Assembly (NCBI RefSeq): GCF_964204645.1
Contig: NC_134028.1
Coordinates: 2,542,001 to 2,606,000 of the forward strand
Source of the DNA: Tubulanus polymorphus
Taxonomy: Eukaryota; Animalia; Nemertea
Reading direction: 5' to 3'
Length of the DNA stretch: 64,000 bases
Every line of letters starts with the position of its first letter. Within the stretch, counting starts at the first letter, position 1. The position numbers and the translations under genes are program-made. The notes under the pieces were generated by a model. The model did not search any database, was not told where the DNA came from, and saw nothing but the letters and a program-made list of their open reading frames with translations. This document shows, piece by piece, positions 16,101 through 30,805 of the stretch.

Positions 16101-17386
16101 ACCATCGAGGTCGTAATTATGTATTCGTGAAAATTTGAATTTCCGCGGAACCCAAATGATTCATCTTGGAAGGTGCATCTAAAAAGTCCAAAAAGGTCAA
16201 TATACCTTCCAGGAACATTCGTATTTGCGTGTGTATATGTGTGTGCATATACACACACGATCGTGAAGTTATTTAATTACGCAATAGAGAGAAGAAACAG
16301 AAACCAAGCGCACTCCTTAACATCGAACAGTTTTCGTTAAAGAAAAATCCAAGAGATAATGTATAACATAGACGCGAAATGCTTGTTCTCTGACTAGTGA
16401 AGTTAAACCGTTTCATAAATCTTCGTAAATGGCAAAGTTAACCGTAAAGTAACCGTGTTCCGTTAGATATACAACGTTGGAAGCTAAAAACTATAGCTGA
16501 GAAATTTTCGACGGTGTTGCTGTTGCCCCCGCCGTTCTACCACTTCAACGCAAGAAAGAGTACTTTCGATAAGAACGGCTGAAAACATTATATACAGAAA
16601 ACAACAGCCGAAAAATTAAGAAAAAAAAGGCGCAGCGTCAGATGTAAATAGGATTCATACTAGAAAGACCGGTTTAATAATTTTGAGCCACGATTGTTTG
16701 AGGTGTGGTTTTAATTCAATCAATTTGTAATGAAATAGGTCTTACATATCACTCAAAACTAAATGAAATATTGGCAACTTTCGTCATTTTCAGGAGAATA
16801 CCTCAAAAATTCTTCCTCGTCGTAATATTGTAATAGAAAATAAGGCTTATCTGTTGGTATTGGTGACTTATACACGTGACTTGGATATTTCTGCTTCCGG
16901 TTAATTGTCGTGAAAATATCGTTCGATCCTTTACATGCGTGCATGCTGGGAATGACGTCAGAATTATGAGTGCATTAATTGTTTGATGATTGAAATAAGA
17001 TAATTGAAATTTTCTATTATTATGATTATAAGGGAGGCTAATTTTAGCTTTGGCTGATAGATTTTCTCGCCTGCATAGATATATTCAATGGATATTGCGC
17101 AGTACTTTCAACATGTATTTTCTGGAGCCACAGTTTCGTAAAGCCTTCATCGATGTTTCTACTATCGTCATTTCGCTGCTAACCTGGAACTGAGACTTAA
17201 AAAACCAATAGTATTTCTAGAACCATTTTGATTATTGTTTGCAGTATGGATATTGCGAGAATGTTTCCGCTTTCGGTAATTTTTAAAATTCTCATCGGCG
17301 AAACAACGTATGAAATCTTTCTGACTGCATGAAGCGTTGATTATATTTTTCATTTTCATTTTTCATTTTTCTGATAATTCCGGTGT

Positions 17387-17512
<126 letters not shown>

Positions 17513-18115
17513 CCGATTCGGTTAACATAACTTGGATAGAAAGGCGTGGTTCAAAATTTGACATATTCTTCCGTGGATATGATGACAAGTAGGAATAGGA
17601 AGTGACTCGAAATAATGAGCAACCACTGAGACAAAGATCAAATACTCAAAATACGTTTTCTAACAATTAACATAATATATATATATATTTTTTTACGTAA
17701 AGTACTCACATTCAGCAGTTATCTGGCAAATCACATTATCATGTTCAATGCTGACAAAAATTCATTTTTTCAAGGCACACACGACATAGATTACACTGAT
17801 ATATTTATATATAAAAACAGATTTATGTTTATATATTTTTGACGTTTGTATGGCTTCGTGCGCTCAGGTGTCGCACCTCTAACTCAGACCATTGTGTCCT
17901 TCTCCAGCACAAAGAACCGATGTTCATGAATCATTAATTTGCAAATAACAAGGACACCGCACATCATCGTAGGCCGACAGTTTTATCACGAGTCATCTCG
18001 TGAAACGCGGATGGTTGAAGGACTTCACGATCACTTTCAGATATCGTTGTGTTTATGAATTTCTAGTGAAATTTAACGGTAAATCTAACGACATTCGATG
18101 CCTATAAGTCATAAT

Positions 18116-19168
18116 CTAAAACGACAAAAGCCAATCGGCGATTCTCCTGTGTTTGCCCTTGCGACTGACCTTGGTATCGACGCCATACATCTGCAGAGTA
18201 CGAGACACCTGACTGGACGACTCGCCCTCTTCTTCGCGAGCCTTGTTGAAAAACTCCTCGGTCACCAAACTTCGCGATCTACACCTCAACAGCCACGCAT
18301 CCTCGATGTACTTCTTTACCTCTTTCACTTTGCATCGTTTGTCGACTTTCGGCTCCAACAAACGACGGAAAAGTCTTAGCACCCGATCAGTGAAAGTAGC
18401 TCGCCACTCAGTGGGTGGTTTGTGCATCTTTCTGCGTTGCCACTGGCAAAACATGTTATATGATTTGTCCGATTCGGTTGACTGTTCCCAGGGAAATCGA
18501 CCGGTAAGAATACTGTACAGAAATACACCCAAACCCCAAACATCGGCTGAGGTTTCGATGCTGTAGCGCTCTTTAACGACCGCATCGCAGACCTCCGGAG
18601 CTGTGTAAGGTAGTAAATTGCAGTTGTCGGTTTTACGGATCATCGTGCCCGTTTTTCGGGTAAGTCCGAAGTCCATCAATTTGACACGCATACATTCGTG
18701 GTCAAAAACCAACACGTTTTCCGGTTTGATGTCTCTATGCACGAGGTGTTTGCTGTGCATGAATTCCAAAGCCGATACAATTTGTCGCATCACGTTTTTG
18801 GCTATTCGTTCGGGTAAGCCGACGTGGGGTGTAACATGATCGAATAGATCACCGAGCGGCGCGTACTCCTGTGCAAACACGTAATGTTCGGCCGTCTCGA
18901 ATGTGACGTTGAAAGTGTTCAAAATCGACAAATGCGGCGATAAGAAGTAACTGTATTTGAACTCACGTAAGAAGTCTTTTTGAGAAGTGGTCTCTTTGGG
19001 AAGCAGTTTCAGCGCCACTTCGTTGCCAGTTTTCTTACAAATTCCGAGTACAATTTTACTGTATTTGCCGCCTCCCAGATGACGCCGGACATCGTAATTA
19101 TCATTCAGATCGAGAAATGACTCCGAAATGCTGCTCCGAGGGCTCGATAAGCCACTACTGTACGACAT
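18116..19168 (-). CDS. SBK1: Intronless Ser/Thr kinase, SBK1/meng-po-like, 350 aa
   Basis: VALK, HRDIKPEN, DFG, APE and DVWG motifs, plus the SBK-family signature FLREFKYSYFLSPH...YVFAQEYAPLGDLF. Confidence 0.88.
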   Translation of the reverse strand: MSYSSGLSSPRSSISESFLDLNDNYDVRRHLGGGKYSKIVLGICKKTGNEVALKLLPKETTSQKDFLREFKYSYFLSPHLSILNTFNVTFETAEHYVFAQEYAPLGDLFDHVTPHVGLPERIAKNVMRQIVSALEFMHSKHLVHRDIKPENVLVFDHECMRVKLMDFGLTRKTGTMIRKTDNCNLLPYTAPEVCDAVVKERYSIETSADVWGLGVFLYSILTGRFPWEQSTESDKSYNMFCQWQRRKMHKPPTEWRATFTDRVLRLFRRLLEPKVDKRCKVKEVKKYIEDAWLLRCRSRSLVTEEFFNKAREEEGESSSQVSRTLQMYGVDTKVSRKGKHRRIADWLLSF

Positions 19169-19283
19169 GTTGTAACGTCTTGAGCTTTCACAATCTCTCT
19201 CGCGCTTTCTTCTCTTTTGATGCTTCTTCTCTCAGCAAAGATCTTGTGACTAATGGTTACGCTAACCGACTAACGCGTGAAGT

Positions 19284-19299
19284 TATATATATATATATA
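19284..19299 (-). promoter_or_regulatory. Candidate TATA element of the kinase gene
   Basis: TTATATATATATATAA about 115 nt upstream of the ATG, next to a GC-rich patch and a CCAAT (ATTGG on +, about 19323). Confidence 0.35.
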
Positions 19300-22200
19300 A
19301 CATCATCGAGGCGCGCACGCTGATTGGCGCCTCGTGAAGACAAGCACTTTTTCTCGCAATGATAAAACTGAACTACTATATTTAGAGATAATGAATAAAT
19401 CAACAATAATAACTTTTCATTTTCTAATGAATATTATCAATCTAATGCAATGAGAAATGAATGAATATTGGTCTCATTTCGGGCCTCGCGATATATTTCT
19501 AATTTCTACATCTTTTATTCGAGGATTTTCAAATACAGCCCTCAACTTTACTCGTTTTAAACCAAATGAACTTGTGAATTATTGGTTTTTAGATCATTTT
19601 CTTCAACGATATTCTTGGCCTATTTGCACGTGACCAATCAAATTCATCGGCAGATTAAAGATCTACCACTGACCGCCTTGGCCCGGTTTTATATAAACTG
19701 ATATTATCTAAAACCCGGGCGGAACTTATTCATTCAATATCTGTAAACAGTCGAACGTCCAGGATTTTTATGTCTATTTCGTATATTTGAAATGTAGCTA
19801 ACATTTCCTTTAGCTAAAAACTAAGGACCAGACATACATATATCTATAAAATATTTTTTTCAGAAAATTCCTAATATGACGTTTTCGTAACGAATCAAAT
19901 TTTTGCCCACGCTGGATTTCGCGGAAATTGAACTTAACTATCAGTGACCGAAGCACCACAAGAGCGCACGAAAGCGCCCACTCGTTTCAAAAATTGACAT
20001 AATTTTGAAATTTCATTCTTTTCTATTTTTCGTTGTTCATAAAAAAAGAAGGAATAAAATTTCATTCAATTTCAAGAATGAAATTGCATTTTTTTTCTTA
20101 TGACGTAGCGACCTACAGCTTAATAGAAATGAATCCTTAACAAAATATACTTCAAAAATGTAATAAACCGATGTTAGATTGAAGCGATTGTCCAATATCA
20201 CAACCCTCCTTAGCGAATTGAGAGATTTGGAATTAACAATGATTTTCTGTTGTCTGATATCAGAAAATAGGACGAGTAGAACGATTTTTTTTTTCGTTGA
20301 AAATGTTTCGTCGAATCGTGATTAAACAAATGCATTTGCCTGAGTTTGATGGTTTATGATAGGCCTTCACATCGAACGTAAATGTTTAAATCGCAGGTTG
20401 ATAGGTGATAAAACAGTTCGTTACCGTCCGTGTTTTAATAAAGGGCTTTCTGTGAATAGCATTAGAATTGATACCGATAACTGTTTATGTTTGCTAAATA
20501 ATAATACAGTTTATATTTTACTTAGAAAAGCTTAAAAAACACGTTTTGGTAGAAACGAAATCATCGATACCATGAACAAGATGAACGATCCAGTTGTTAT
20601 TCGCGGGTACAGTTTTAAGAGTTGGGGTTTGATTTCACAACGAAATCATTCTCTGATTCCCATCTAAACAGTGAAGTCCGTTTTACATAACTACTGTTCA
20701 TTAGAATTTCATCAGAATGCTGTTTTTAACGAGCGGTTTCCAGCTAGCTTTTCTGCTGGAATCCAAACCGCCAAAACAGCCTCAATTGTGTTATATTAAG
20801 ACTAATGAAATTAGTAAAAGTAATTCTGTGAAATAAACCAATGCAACAGGACCCGCCAAAACAATGATACGAGTTTATTATGATATAGTTTGAAAATGTT
20901 CCATGCGAACCAGTTTACAACATGAAAAACAACATTACTCTTCAGCAAAAATCAACTAGAATCGTGTAAACTTTCTGTTCGATTTTCTCACGCGCATTTG
21001 ATAAATGGCTGATAGATTTTTATTTCACTAAATGGTTTTTAAACTACCGTTTGGTGAGAAGGGTTCAACGCGAGGTCTGTACGAAAATCGAATCAATTTG
21101 AATTAAAGCATTGACTGCCAGAGCGTATAGTGCATAGACGTTCTCGATTAGCTCAAGTAAAATTATTCCGACTTCTATACATTCGAACTAACTACAACAG
21201 CATGTGAATTAGCGTATTAGATTTAACTGATGAGACGTAAAGGCAAATCTGTAAAACAACATTGACCTGATCGTACAGCCTCCGGTGAGGGCCATTTACA
21301 TCACCCGTTGCTGAAAATCGTCTATTTGTTTCGAGATGAAAATTCATTCTTCGACGGCTCGAAAAGCGTTTTGAATACTGTTACGTGTATTCTATCGGTG
21401 AAAAACATAAATCTATTGAAAAGCGTATATAGTTTCGCTTTCACCTTCACTTTTCCTAGGTTCGTTTTATTTACTTCGTTCGACTTACGCAGGTTTGTGA
21501 GTCATCCTTCGGGTGAAATTTTTCTTGAATTATTATCAAGTCTGTTAACTTTCGCCAGTGTTTCGGGGGGAGATCAATAGATAGATTCGTGGAGGCAGAC
21601 ACAGTTGTTGCGCAAACATTTCACGAAATCGACACTTTGAAAGTTGCAAGCCGATAGTGCCGTCATTATACCTCCTGAATCCTGGATATCGTTCAGCCAA
21701 ACGTTCAATTGAAGTAAACCACTAATCATTACGTGGTATAAGAACTAATTGCAGTTCGTACCAGACGAACTTCTAGCGGAGAAATGGTGAGAGTACACGG
21801 AATCATTATCGTTAAATTACTCAGATGGCTTAAGTCCAATTTTATTTCTGTTTACAACCCTAATAAAAATCTGTTAGCACTCTCACGCGGAGGTTCTTAA
21901 TTGTTACGTAATCACAAAAACCCATAAGGATGAAGCATTTTTGAAAACATTAATAAATTACAAATTGCGTGGGGTTATTGTCGAAGTTTCCCGTCGATGA
22001 AAATGTACGGGTCCTAGCAGACAGCCATATTGGGTTTTCTGAGGGTAGGGGTTGAGGAGGAGGACTTTACAAGACAAACACTTCTCTTTCTCAGGACGTT
22101 AAACAAGCTATCCGTCATGAATACGATCGAAAATTACATTTACCGTTTATATATATTTTTTTATAAGACAAAACGATTTTCGTCGAACCGAGCAACTTAA

Positions 22201-22786
22201 CATGATTCAATGATTGACATATTCTGTTGTCGTTGTTAACAGCAATAGAAACTTGATCACTCGAATCAGATCTGATTACAGCCTGCCTGAAACCTCAGCA
22301 CAGTCGACGATGGTGAAAGTTGTTGACAATCTTATGAAGGTTGGCATTTAGAAATACTGAGTGGGCAGTCGACGTTTTAGGAAACACTGATCCATAAATA
22401 TCTATCTACTATCGACGGATTAGGAATGACTTTTAAATCTATTTTTAGTACTTCACGTATCCTTATTGATATCCTCACGGGTAGATATTGTTAATAGATA
22501 TTTCAACCCATTCGATTGGGTGCGGGTGTACACGAACGCGTCCTGGATACATGTACGGGGATACTCTTGTATTTTTAAAACACAGGACACACAATAAGTA
22601 TACGGTCGTGACGTCAATATATATATACCAACTGACGGACTCGTAAACGTCTATCGTCAGTATTAGACTTATACGGACTTATTTGCTAATTAGTTAATTA
22701 TCTAACTGGTTATAGTTTAATATGTTGTATCAGGAGGTTATTCGTAATATTCCATTAACACAGTGGCATAGATGGCAACATCAGTA

Positions 22787-22787
<1 letters not shown>

Positions 22788-22843
<56 letters not shown>
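22788..22843. repeat. (AT)n microsatellite, about 28 units
   Basis: Uninterrupted AT run. Confidence 0.98.
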
Positions 22844-22846
<3 letters not shown>

Positions 22847-22998
22847 CCTTTCGATGCCCGATTGCTGCTCCTAGGAATAGACGACTTCGTTAGCTTAAGG
22901 CACCTTTAATGTGTTTGGCAATTTGACGTCTGTACCTCAACATGCAGAATATACAGCTATTGGCCAATCCCAAGGGATTTCGGTATCTCTCTCGCTGC

Positions 22999-25900
22999 TC
23001 ACACGAGTGAAAGATGAGAGGAAACCCATAACTGTGATTGTCTAGAAAGCACGTGGACATTACGTAGATCGGGGTGTTCGGGATCTGCTTTTACTGTCAG
23101 CGCACGGAAATGTCTGATCCATTCGGGCAGCATGATCGCAGCACTGCCAACCATAGCCCCACCTGCCAGGAAGAACGAATATGTGAAATCCGAAGTTGCA
23201 TCGTAAAGCGCTCCTGAAGAAAGAGACGACCGAAAATTATAACATTTCGCGTAAACCAAATTAACAAATTTGCACTTCATATTTAGCTTTACTTACCTGC
23301 TACCGGTGCACCGATGATAAAACCGATTCCACCCGCACACAAACTATAACCATAAGCCGACAGGATATAGATTTCTCCTATATGTTCGGCGATTACCAAC
23401 TGTGTAAGAATCGGATATCCAGCCATGGCCAGACCGAGCAGTCCGCTAAACGCCAAAGCCATCGCATACGATACGCAAAATGGATAAGATATCGTCAACA
23501 GCCCACAGGTCAGACAGAATAATATGTGGACGGTGAAGGTGTCGACCTTCGGATGGTTAACCATCAGAGAAACAGCAAAACGGGCGAACAGATTCGTTAT
23601 AGCCAACGCCGACAACGTATACCTCGCATAAAACGGCTCTACACCGACAATATCACGCGTCGCAGCTACCAACAGTACATATATGATAGACACCGAAAAA
23701 TATAACAAAAAGTTATGAATCATAAAGACGGGGAACATCGAGTTTTTGAATACGGAGAGCTGTAACAGAGATTTCAACTCGTCATAATCTGAGTCCTGGC
23801 CGCAGCAAGGTTGTTCTATGGTACCCGTAGTTTCCTGTGAATTAAGCTCGTTATCGGCGAGCGTGTTTGAGTTATTCGAAAGTTCTCCGTTGGTGATGTT
23901 TTTCATGCCAGCTATCTCGTTAAGGATATCTTCTTTATTCATATGAATATCTCGGCCGTTGGTGGCATTCGATTCATTGAACGTTACCCTAGTATGTCGG
24001 TGTCTATCGCCGTTTAATGCATTACCATTAGATATTAAGGGTTTGCTTGCCTTGCTGGTTTTCGGCGCCGGTTTTACGTGCCAGTTTCTGAGGAAAAGAG
24101 TAATGCTGCATATGTTGAGTGACAAACCCCCGAGAATGAGCACGCACCCCCGCCATCCGTATTCGAGTAAAAGAGCGTTGATTATGAAAGTGAACACGAA
24201 ACCTCCGGCTGAGTATCCGGCCAAAACGACGCCATTTGCCAGTGAACGAAGCCGACGGAATCTATACGTTATATAGGCAATGAGCGGAGTACAGAGCAGT
24301 CCGCTTCCCAAACCTGTAACACAGATCCAATTTGATTACTTGATTCGTTAAATGCCATATATATGAGTATCAACTTTGACGCTAAATTGAGATGTCTTTG
24401 AACGTTGGTATTTTGCTGGCCTCCACAATCAACTTTCTTCATTGTGTTTTATTAATCATTCATAGACGAAGATTTACTTTTACGATAAGTTATCGTGACT
24501 ATTGGCTATATAATACTAAAGCGCCATTCGAAGAGTATAACATAGTAGACATAGCCAATTATGGCAATGGCGGCGAGTCCATCGATTTCTGAGAAGGTAT
24601 GCCGATATAACAATCGCTTCATGCTAAAACACAGCAGAATAGGTATGAGTTGTCGAAAATGGATATGCCTTATTCATTATCTAATCTGTGAATAAGTTGT
24701 ACTTAGCAAAACAATACTAAGTGCGTCGTTAACATTTAAGTGTGTCAAAGGCGAAGAACATTGAAAAATCTCATGTCTGCAGGTAAAAATTCTACAAAAC
24801 GCCATTTCGATACATTGATTGGGTTTTGTCTGGGTTTATAGAACGTTTATCTAAAAGTTGATCAATACTTAAACAAATAGATTAAATTGGTATCTTGTAA
24901 AACTCACCCGCAAGCATCCAGGTAAACATTATTATGTAGATATTCGGAGAAAATGCGCTTATAATGATTGGAACTCCAGTCAGTAAACCTCCAGCAAACA
25001 TAACAGGCCGATAGTTGAATTTTTTTACCAAAAAACTGGCCAGCGGACCTGAAAATATGAACCAAACAAAATATGAAGACAAGAGCCGGAAAAAATGGTG
25101 TCACAATCATCAAAATGATGTTCTAAAGATAAGACATCCATCACGACTCATCAACAAACATCGAAGATGTAGCCCACTGAAAACCCCATTCTCATTATTA
25201 GAATCTCACTACAAACGCCGCACTCGATGGGGATGGACGATATGGGGATGAAATCATTGAATATATTTGGTTCATTCATGTGCTTTTTGAATGCTTTAAA
25301 AATGGACCCAAAATGAAATGAGACCTTGAATTCAATGAGTTCAATCTTGATTGTTTGCACTTCGCAGCTTGTTCAGACATTTTCTCGTCGTATGGGAACA
25401 ATTTCTAACTCAAAGGGGTCTATAAACGTCACACAAACCATAGTTGAGATGAGTTATCTTAGTTTGTGGACGATGGTATCGGATTGTGATAAGCAAATGT
25501 CAACTGACATCGTGCCGAAAACACGTGCCTGCAATTCTCAGAAAACCATGGCGAATAAAAATGCCAAGCTGTTAGCCAACCATAGTTCATGGTTTATTAG
25601 TTCATCTGTCTCGATCTTTTAAGTACTTTATCATCACGTTATCTCTGTTCGTCAAAATGCACTATGATACGTCGGGCAAAACGATCTTTGCCCCGATCAT
25701 GCGAACTGCACTATTCAAAAAAAAGATAATTCAATTGCTGCTCTTTTCTCTCTTCCATCTACTTGTCATTTTACCTTTTTATTCAACCTATATGTACCCA
25801 TTAGTACCAGTAGATAAACAGATAGCGGACTTGAGTTCAATTTACTTAAGAATCAACACTTGCAATGTTGTTAGAGCGGACTTTAAACCACACCAATTGT

Positions 25901-27066
25901 CCATTTCATTCGCACGGTATATAAATGCACGAATGAAAAACAACGAAGATAGAAAACATAGTTCTCTGAACTAATGGAAGTCAATAAATACAGTTGATGT
26001 TTGCGAAGCCATCATAAAGTTGCACAGGAAAATAGATTCACTAGAAACACGCTTTTTGGATAATGAAACACGACCTTTGTCAACGAGTGATTGATATCAT
26101 GTTCCCTGGTGCACATCGCTGTATTAATATTAATCATTCCATCAATATTTCTCAGCTCAGTGTTCTCTATCTCGCATACTTTGATCGTTTTGATTCCATG
26201 AACGCATCAAATATTGAAATGACCGCACTGCCGTTTCAAATAACAATCCATAAAAGATTCATTTAGTATAACGCCACTATTTTTCATAAATGTCTGTCGT
26301 AAATCTAACATAATTTTTTCAAAAGTGCGAAGTCCGGACATGAAATTGATTGCTAATGAAAACAAAACGATAAAAGATAAATGAACTTTATCGAATGTCA
26401 TGTCGAGCCTTGACCTTCCTCCCAATAAATCCCGTGCATTTACAAGATTTGTAATTAGAAAATAGGATTAAAAGTTACAGAATTTCTACTTTGGAGTTTC
26501 CAAACTTTTATATCCAGTATGGTATGGAAGGACAATTAAAAAAACGAAAGGATGAAGAATATATGAATGAATGAATATACAACAAATACATGTAACATAT
26601 TCTTGAAAAGAAACTCATTTTACATTTATATGCATAAATCAAGTTGTGTATATATTGATGAAGACGAACCTGTCATACACAGGACTCCTGATATACCAGT
26701 CCCAAGCCAAGAAGTAGTACTGCTTCCCATCTGAAATACGTCCATCCATTCTGCAACCAAAATGCCTGACGATATTGCAGGACCTCCACAAAGCAGGCAG
26801 GATATAAATCCACTAACAATGAGCACGACACACTCGAAACCATATGGTTCCGGGTACTCTTCATCCATCTTCTGGAAATATTCGTCGCTTGTGTCAATAT
26901 GTTCTTCCGTGGGTTCAGTTTCTAAAATGGCCGTCTCTTCAATGACTGGTAGATCGGACCGTTCGGACACAGTCCGAGTGCGTGTTCTCAGCGCCATTAA
27001 TTGTTTTGTACCAATTCGGTCCGAGTCCAGGGTCTGTGACATCGTAGATGCGTGACCTTCCGCCAT
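22999..27066 (-). CDS. MFS monocarboxylate transporter (SLC16 family); exons 27066-26670, 25048-24908, 24313-23297, 23213-22999
   Basis: 12-TM MFS layout with SLC16-like motifs (TTSWLG...GPLASFLVKKFNYRPVMFAGG, FRRLRSLANG, YGWRG, GALYDATSDFTYSF) and a large central loop. Phase-consistent GT-AG introns. Confidence 0.9.
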
Positions 27067-29120
27067 ATCATACTCAGAACTACTCAGTATTCAAAACATC
27101 CGTTTTCCTAGAAATTGTTGAGGTAGCCAGTGGTCAGAACTATCCAAAAGCAAACCTGGACAATAACCTGTCCCGGATAAACCTATTAAATGTATTAAGA
27201 CCTATTGAACAATTGGCTTTCAAGATTTCAGTCGTTATCAATTAGTTAACTGATAAGCCGCGGTAACCTGGTTAATGAGAACTGAGTCCTCTGTAGAGTG
27301 ACAACATACCGGGTTAAAGTCCATTACAATCTTTAGCACGTATGTGTAGGTTACGTCTTTATTTCAAAATCCGCTCAGGTGTTTGCTGGGTTAGATATAC
27401 CCTCATTGGATAAGATAGTCTCGCGTGCATCCAAATATATTTGACGTGCGTCCGACGTTCCTTAACTGTCATTAAGCTACACGTTTCATTCACCAAAACA
27501 ATAATGCTTGTTCCCAATTGTACCGCCGGACGACTTTCTGATAATTAGTTTTCAAATCGATGATTGCCTACTTTAAAATTAAAAGTATATCGTTTAAAAC
27601 CTAAGTTTTTGTTTCTTTATTTACGCAATGAGGTCGCCTGAGTGCTACCACTAGAAGAGCCAGCCAGCATCCCGCTGTTTTAATTAATCTCGAGGACGCG
27701 GCAATGCAAGAACGATGCTTCTATACGGATCATTTTTAACACGTTATTTCATTAACATGTTTTACTCTTACCGAACAAAGCATATCAATATAAGGATTTA
27801 ACAGAATCAGCAAATCGGTGTCACGAAGGTACTATCATGCTCAGGAATCATAAGGTGAGCGAGAGATATTCATCGAGGTATTAATCAATTAGATAATTTG
27901 AAACTTTTGAGTAGCGATTTTGTGGAAGATTAGAGCGCTTTGAAGAACGACGCAAGTTGATAAGATTATCGAAACAACGAGATATGTCGTGTACTGTGCG
28001 TATAATTCTGTCATTTCTTTTCACGGGGGACTTTTGAATCGGTCATTTATTTCATGAACACTTTTTGCTAATATAATGGCGAAATGAACATTTCATTCCA
28101 TGACGTTATTCAACAACAAACACTTAAGAAGTGTTAAAAACAAAATTTGGCTACGACGAAATGGTTTTTGGAAACGGAGTTTACAATGACTGGGTTTTTC
28201 GGACATCATATCTCTCGAGTGAGAGTTCTGAATACTTCACGGTCAGTCTGAGCTTCAGTACAATTCGAAACAATAGAACGAATTAATATTTCATATTCTT
28301 TAATGTAGGAAGCATTACGATCCAAATCGGTGCCAAGATCTCCAACTTAAGTGTCAGTTAATATCATTCAATATCATTTTGAAACAAAGTAATAAAAAAA
28401 ACGGGTAAGCAGTTCAAGATTTCTTGATGCTTCGAACGAGGCTAAGGACAAAATTTTAATAACTACCGTCAAATTGTTTATATGTGTATCCGATAAACTG
28501 TATCGTTAGGAAACCCCTTAAAATCATCAAGGTTTGTAAATGATTAGAATACGTGACTACGCAAGTAACATAATTTCCTGGAAAGTGTATCGTAACCTGT
28601 TATGGTCTGTTGGATTCGAATAGTTTCATTACGTATATGGACTTAGTAATGAGATATATTGCACATCAACGATTGAGGTGATAAATAACAGGTCGAGAGT
28701 TCAATTTAACTCCAATTTCAGTTCAGTTGTGATGGATCATAGCTCCAGCATTGAAGGTAAGTTTCGGTCGGCTGTTCGAAATCTACATCAAAATTTGTAT
28801 AGATTCGAGTTCTTCAAAGAAATGATGTTAGATGAAAATCTACGTTTCTATGTGGCTAGATACAAGTGTACGTAACCCACCTTAGCCAGGCTATATCGAA
28901 AACTAAATTGCACCGGATAAAACAATATAGATTTTTCATTTTTCGGATAATGATTTCTCATATGTTTGTTCACTTCATACTTTATTCATAATGCAAGCAA
29001 CCGTCATCGACATCAGCTGTAAACCTTACATCCATATTCAACATCGCCAACGAAAAAAGAAAACAGTCAATGAATATTATTGAAATGACTTTTAGAAGTG
29101 TTATATGGTATACGAATGCG

Positions 29121-30805
29121 ATGCAGTTTTATCTGAAGATAACCCTCATTTTCTCACAGATTTACCCACTGATATCATCCACAGGTATTCATCATTTATC
29201 TACTGCATCTTACGTCAAATCTTTGTTCGAATTCCACATATATACCTGTTTAACGTAACGTGCAGGGGTGGATCTAGGGTCTGATTTAGGGAGGGGTGCG
29301 ACCCCAGAAATAGGGCACATTATACAATTTAAGAGGTAAAAAGAGAGAAAAAATGTTTAGGTATAGTTTGATATTTTTCATTTTCCTGTGCGAAATTTCA
29401 GGGCAACTTGACATTTTAGGGGGTGCGCACCCCCAGTACCCTCTCCTTGGATCCGACCCTAACGTGGTTCGTGATACAGAGACATCACGTCTTTAATAAT
29501 ACCCGTGTAATGAGAAAAGTATATATTTGATATTTGTTTAGAGTATTGCACTGATCAGAACGCGAAATGTTCATTCTGGCAGACGTTAGGAGAATGTGAC
29601 TTTAACCCGTCGTATATGAGGTGTAATTGTGCGGTTAGTTGTAATACAGTAACAGCGGGCTGCTCAGGCAAGTATATAGTAGTTCAGACTCAGATGGGTT
29701 CCTGCGGTTTGGACTCAGTCTAAGGCAGATTTCGATTGGTTTCTACCGATTTCGGAATTCTCTTTTGGCGCGAATAAGCTCTCGTAACCTTGAATTGTGG
29801 AATAAGTTCAATTGAAACACGCCCAAATGGCCTAGGCTTATATCTTCGCATAAACAATTTGTTTCCAAGCACTCAATGATCATAAAATTCAAACCTCATT
29901 TAAACAATTCCCATTATGCCCATTAATGTTAGGCATCAATATAACCAGAGTTTGATTTAGAACACCAACCAATCGTGTCCTTGTTTCCATGTATCAATTA
30001 CCATCATCCTGCTATCTCGTGCAAAACCTCTGCATGTTGTTCAAATCTACGCGTTACCTTCAAAACAAATAATCGCGTGTCAAAGTATAATATTTTTTCG
30101 CAAGGAAAAATAACATTGCGTAGGGGAGATGAGATGAACTCTTTTTATTATTATACCTTATTGCTATAGCTGTGATTTAGAGGCAACATGTCCGCCCATC
30201 GTTCATTTTGGTCTACTCGTCACGTAACTCATTTCTGCTTTGAGATCGGTCCACGAGAAATCCCCATAGTGCTCCAAAACAACTCCGACTGTTTCATTTT
30301 CGACAACAATCAATATTTGATAAGATGGTTAATTAGCCTTTTCGTGATTCTACATAGAGTTCAATCGTTAGCAATTTCCTATCAATTATACATTACTTCA
30401 CTTCATATTCAGGGAACAGCTCTTATGACGCAGATTGCTATTGTGCTCACAACAGGAGGAAAATTGCGGACTACTGCACTAACGAAGAAAACAGAAGAAA
30501 ATGTCCCGTCGAATGCCAACAGTTCACAGGTTTGAAAACAAGTCATTTTATGATAAAACTGAAAATATCTATATATGAGTGCTGCAATATCACATTATTC
30601 AATTTTTAAGATGTAGAATGTTTAGATTCTGAGTTGCCTTCATTCAACCACACGAACTTGCATGTTACACATTACTGGTATTTAGGCGTGGCGACATATA
30701 CATGCACCCCGGGATATACGGGCAAGTCGGTGCAGCGGGTCTGCGACCGACATGGCAAATGGATTGACGGAGAACATCACAGTTTGATGGAATGTGTGGA
30801 AATAG
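29121..30805 (+). CDS. Secreted ShK-like/ShK-like/Sushi protein, paralog A; exons 29121-29184, 29542-29667, 30413-30529, 30611-30805; last exon uncertain
   Basis: ShK motif CTDQNAKCSFWQTLGECDFNPSYMRCNCAVSC, a second Cys-rich exon (DCYCAH...YCTNEENRRKCPVEC) and a Sushi/CCP domain (C...ATYTCTPGY...VCDRHGKW...C). Phase-1 introns; exon sizes match paralogs B and C. The first exon is less certain. Confidence 0.8.
29263..29460 (+). mobile_element. MITE in intron 1 of ShK paralog A
   Basis: CAGGGGTGGATC...GATCCGACCCT termini, TAACGTG on both flanks, homologous to 1519-1779. Confidence 0.7.

Noticed and set aside
18098-18839. Plus-strand ORFs over the kinase
   Set aside because: Antisense shadows of the real CDS. 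The same applies to 23959-24276, 26762-27055, 40986-41459 and 46679-47245.
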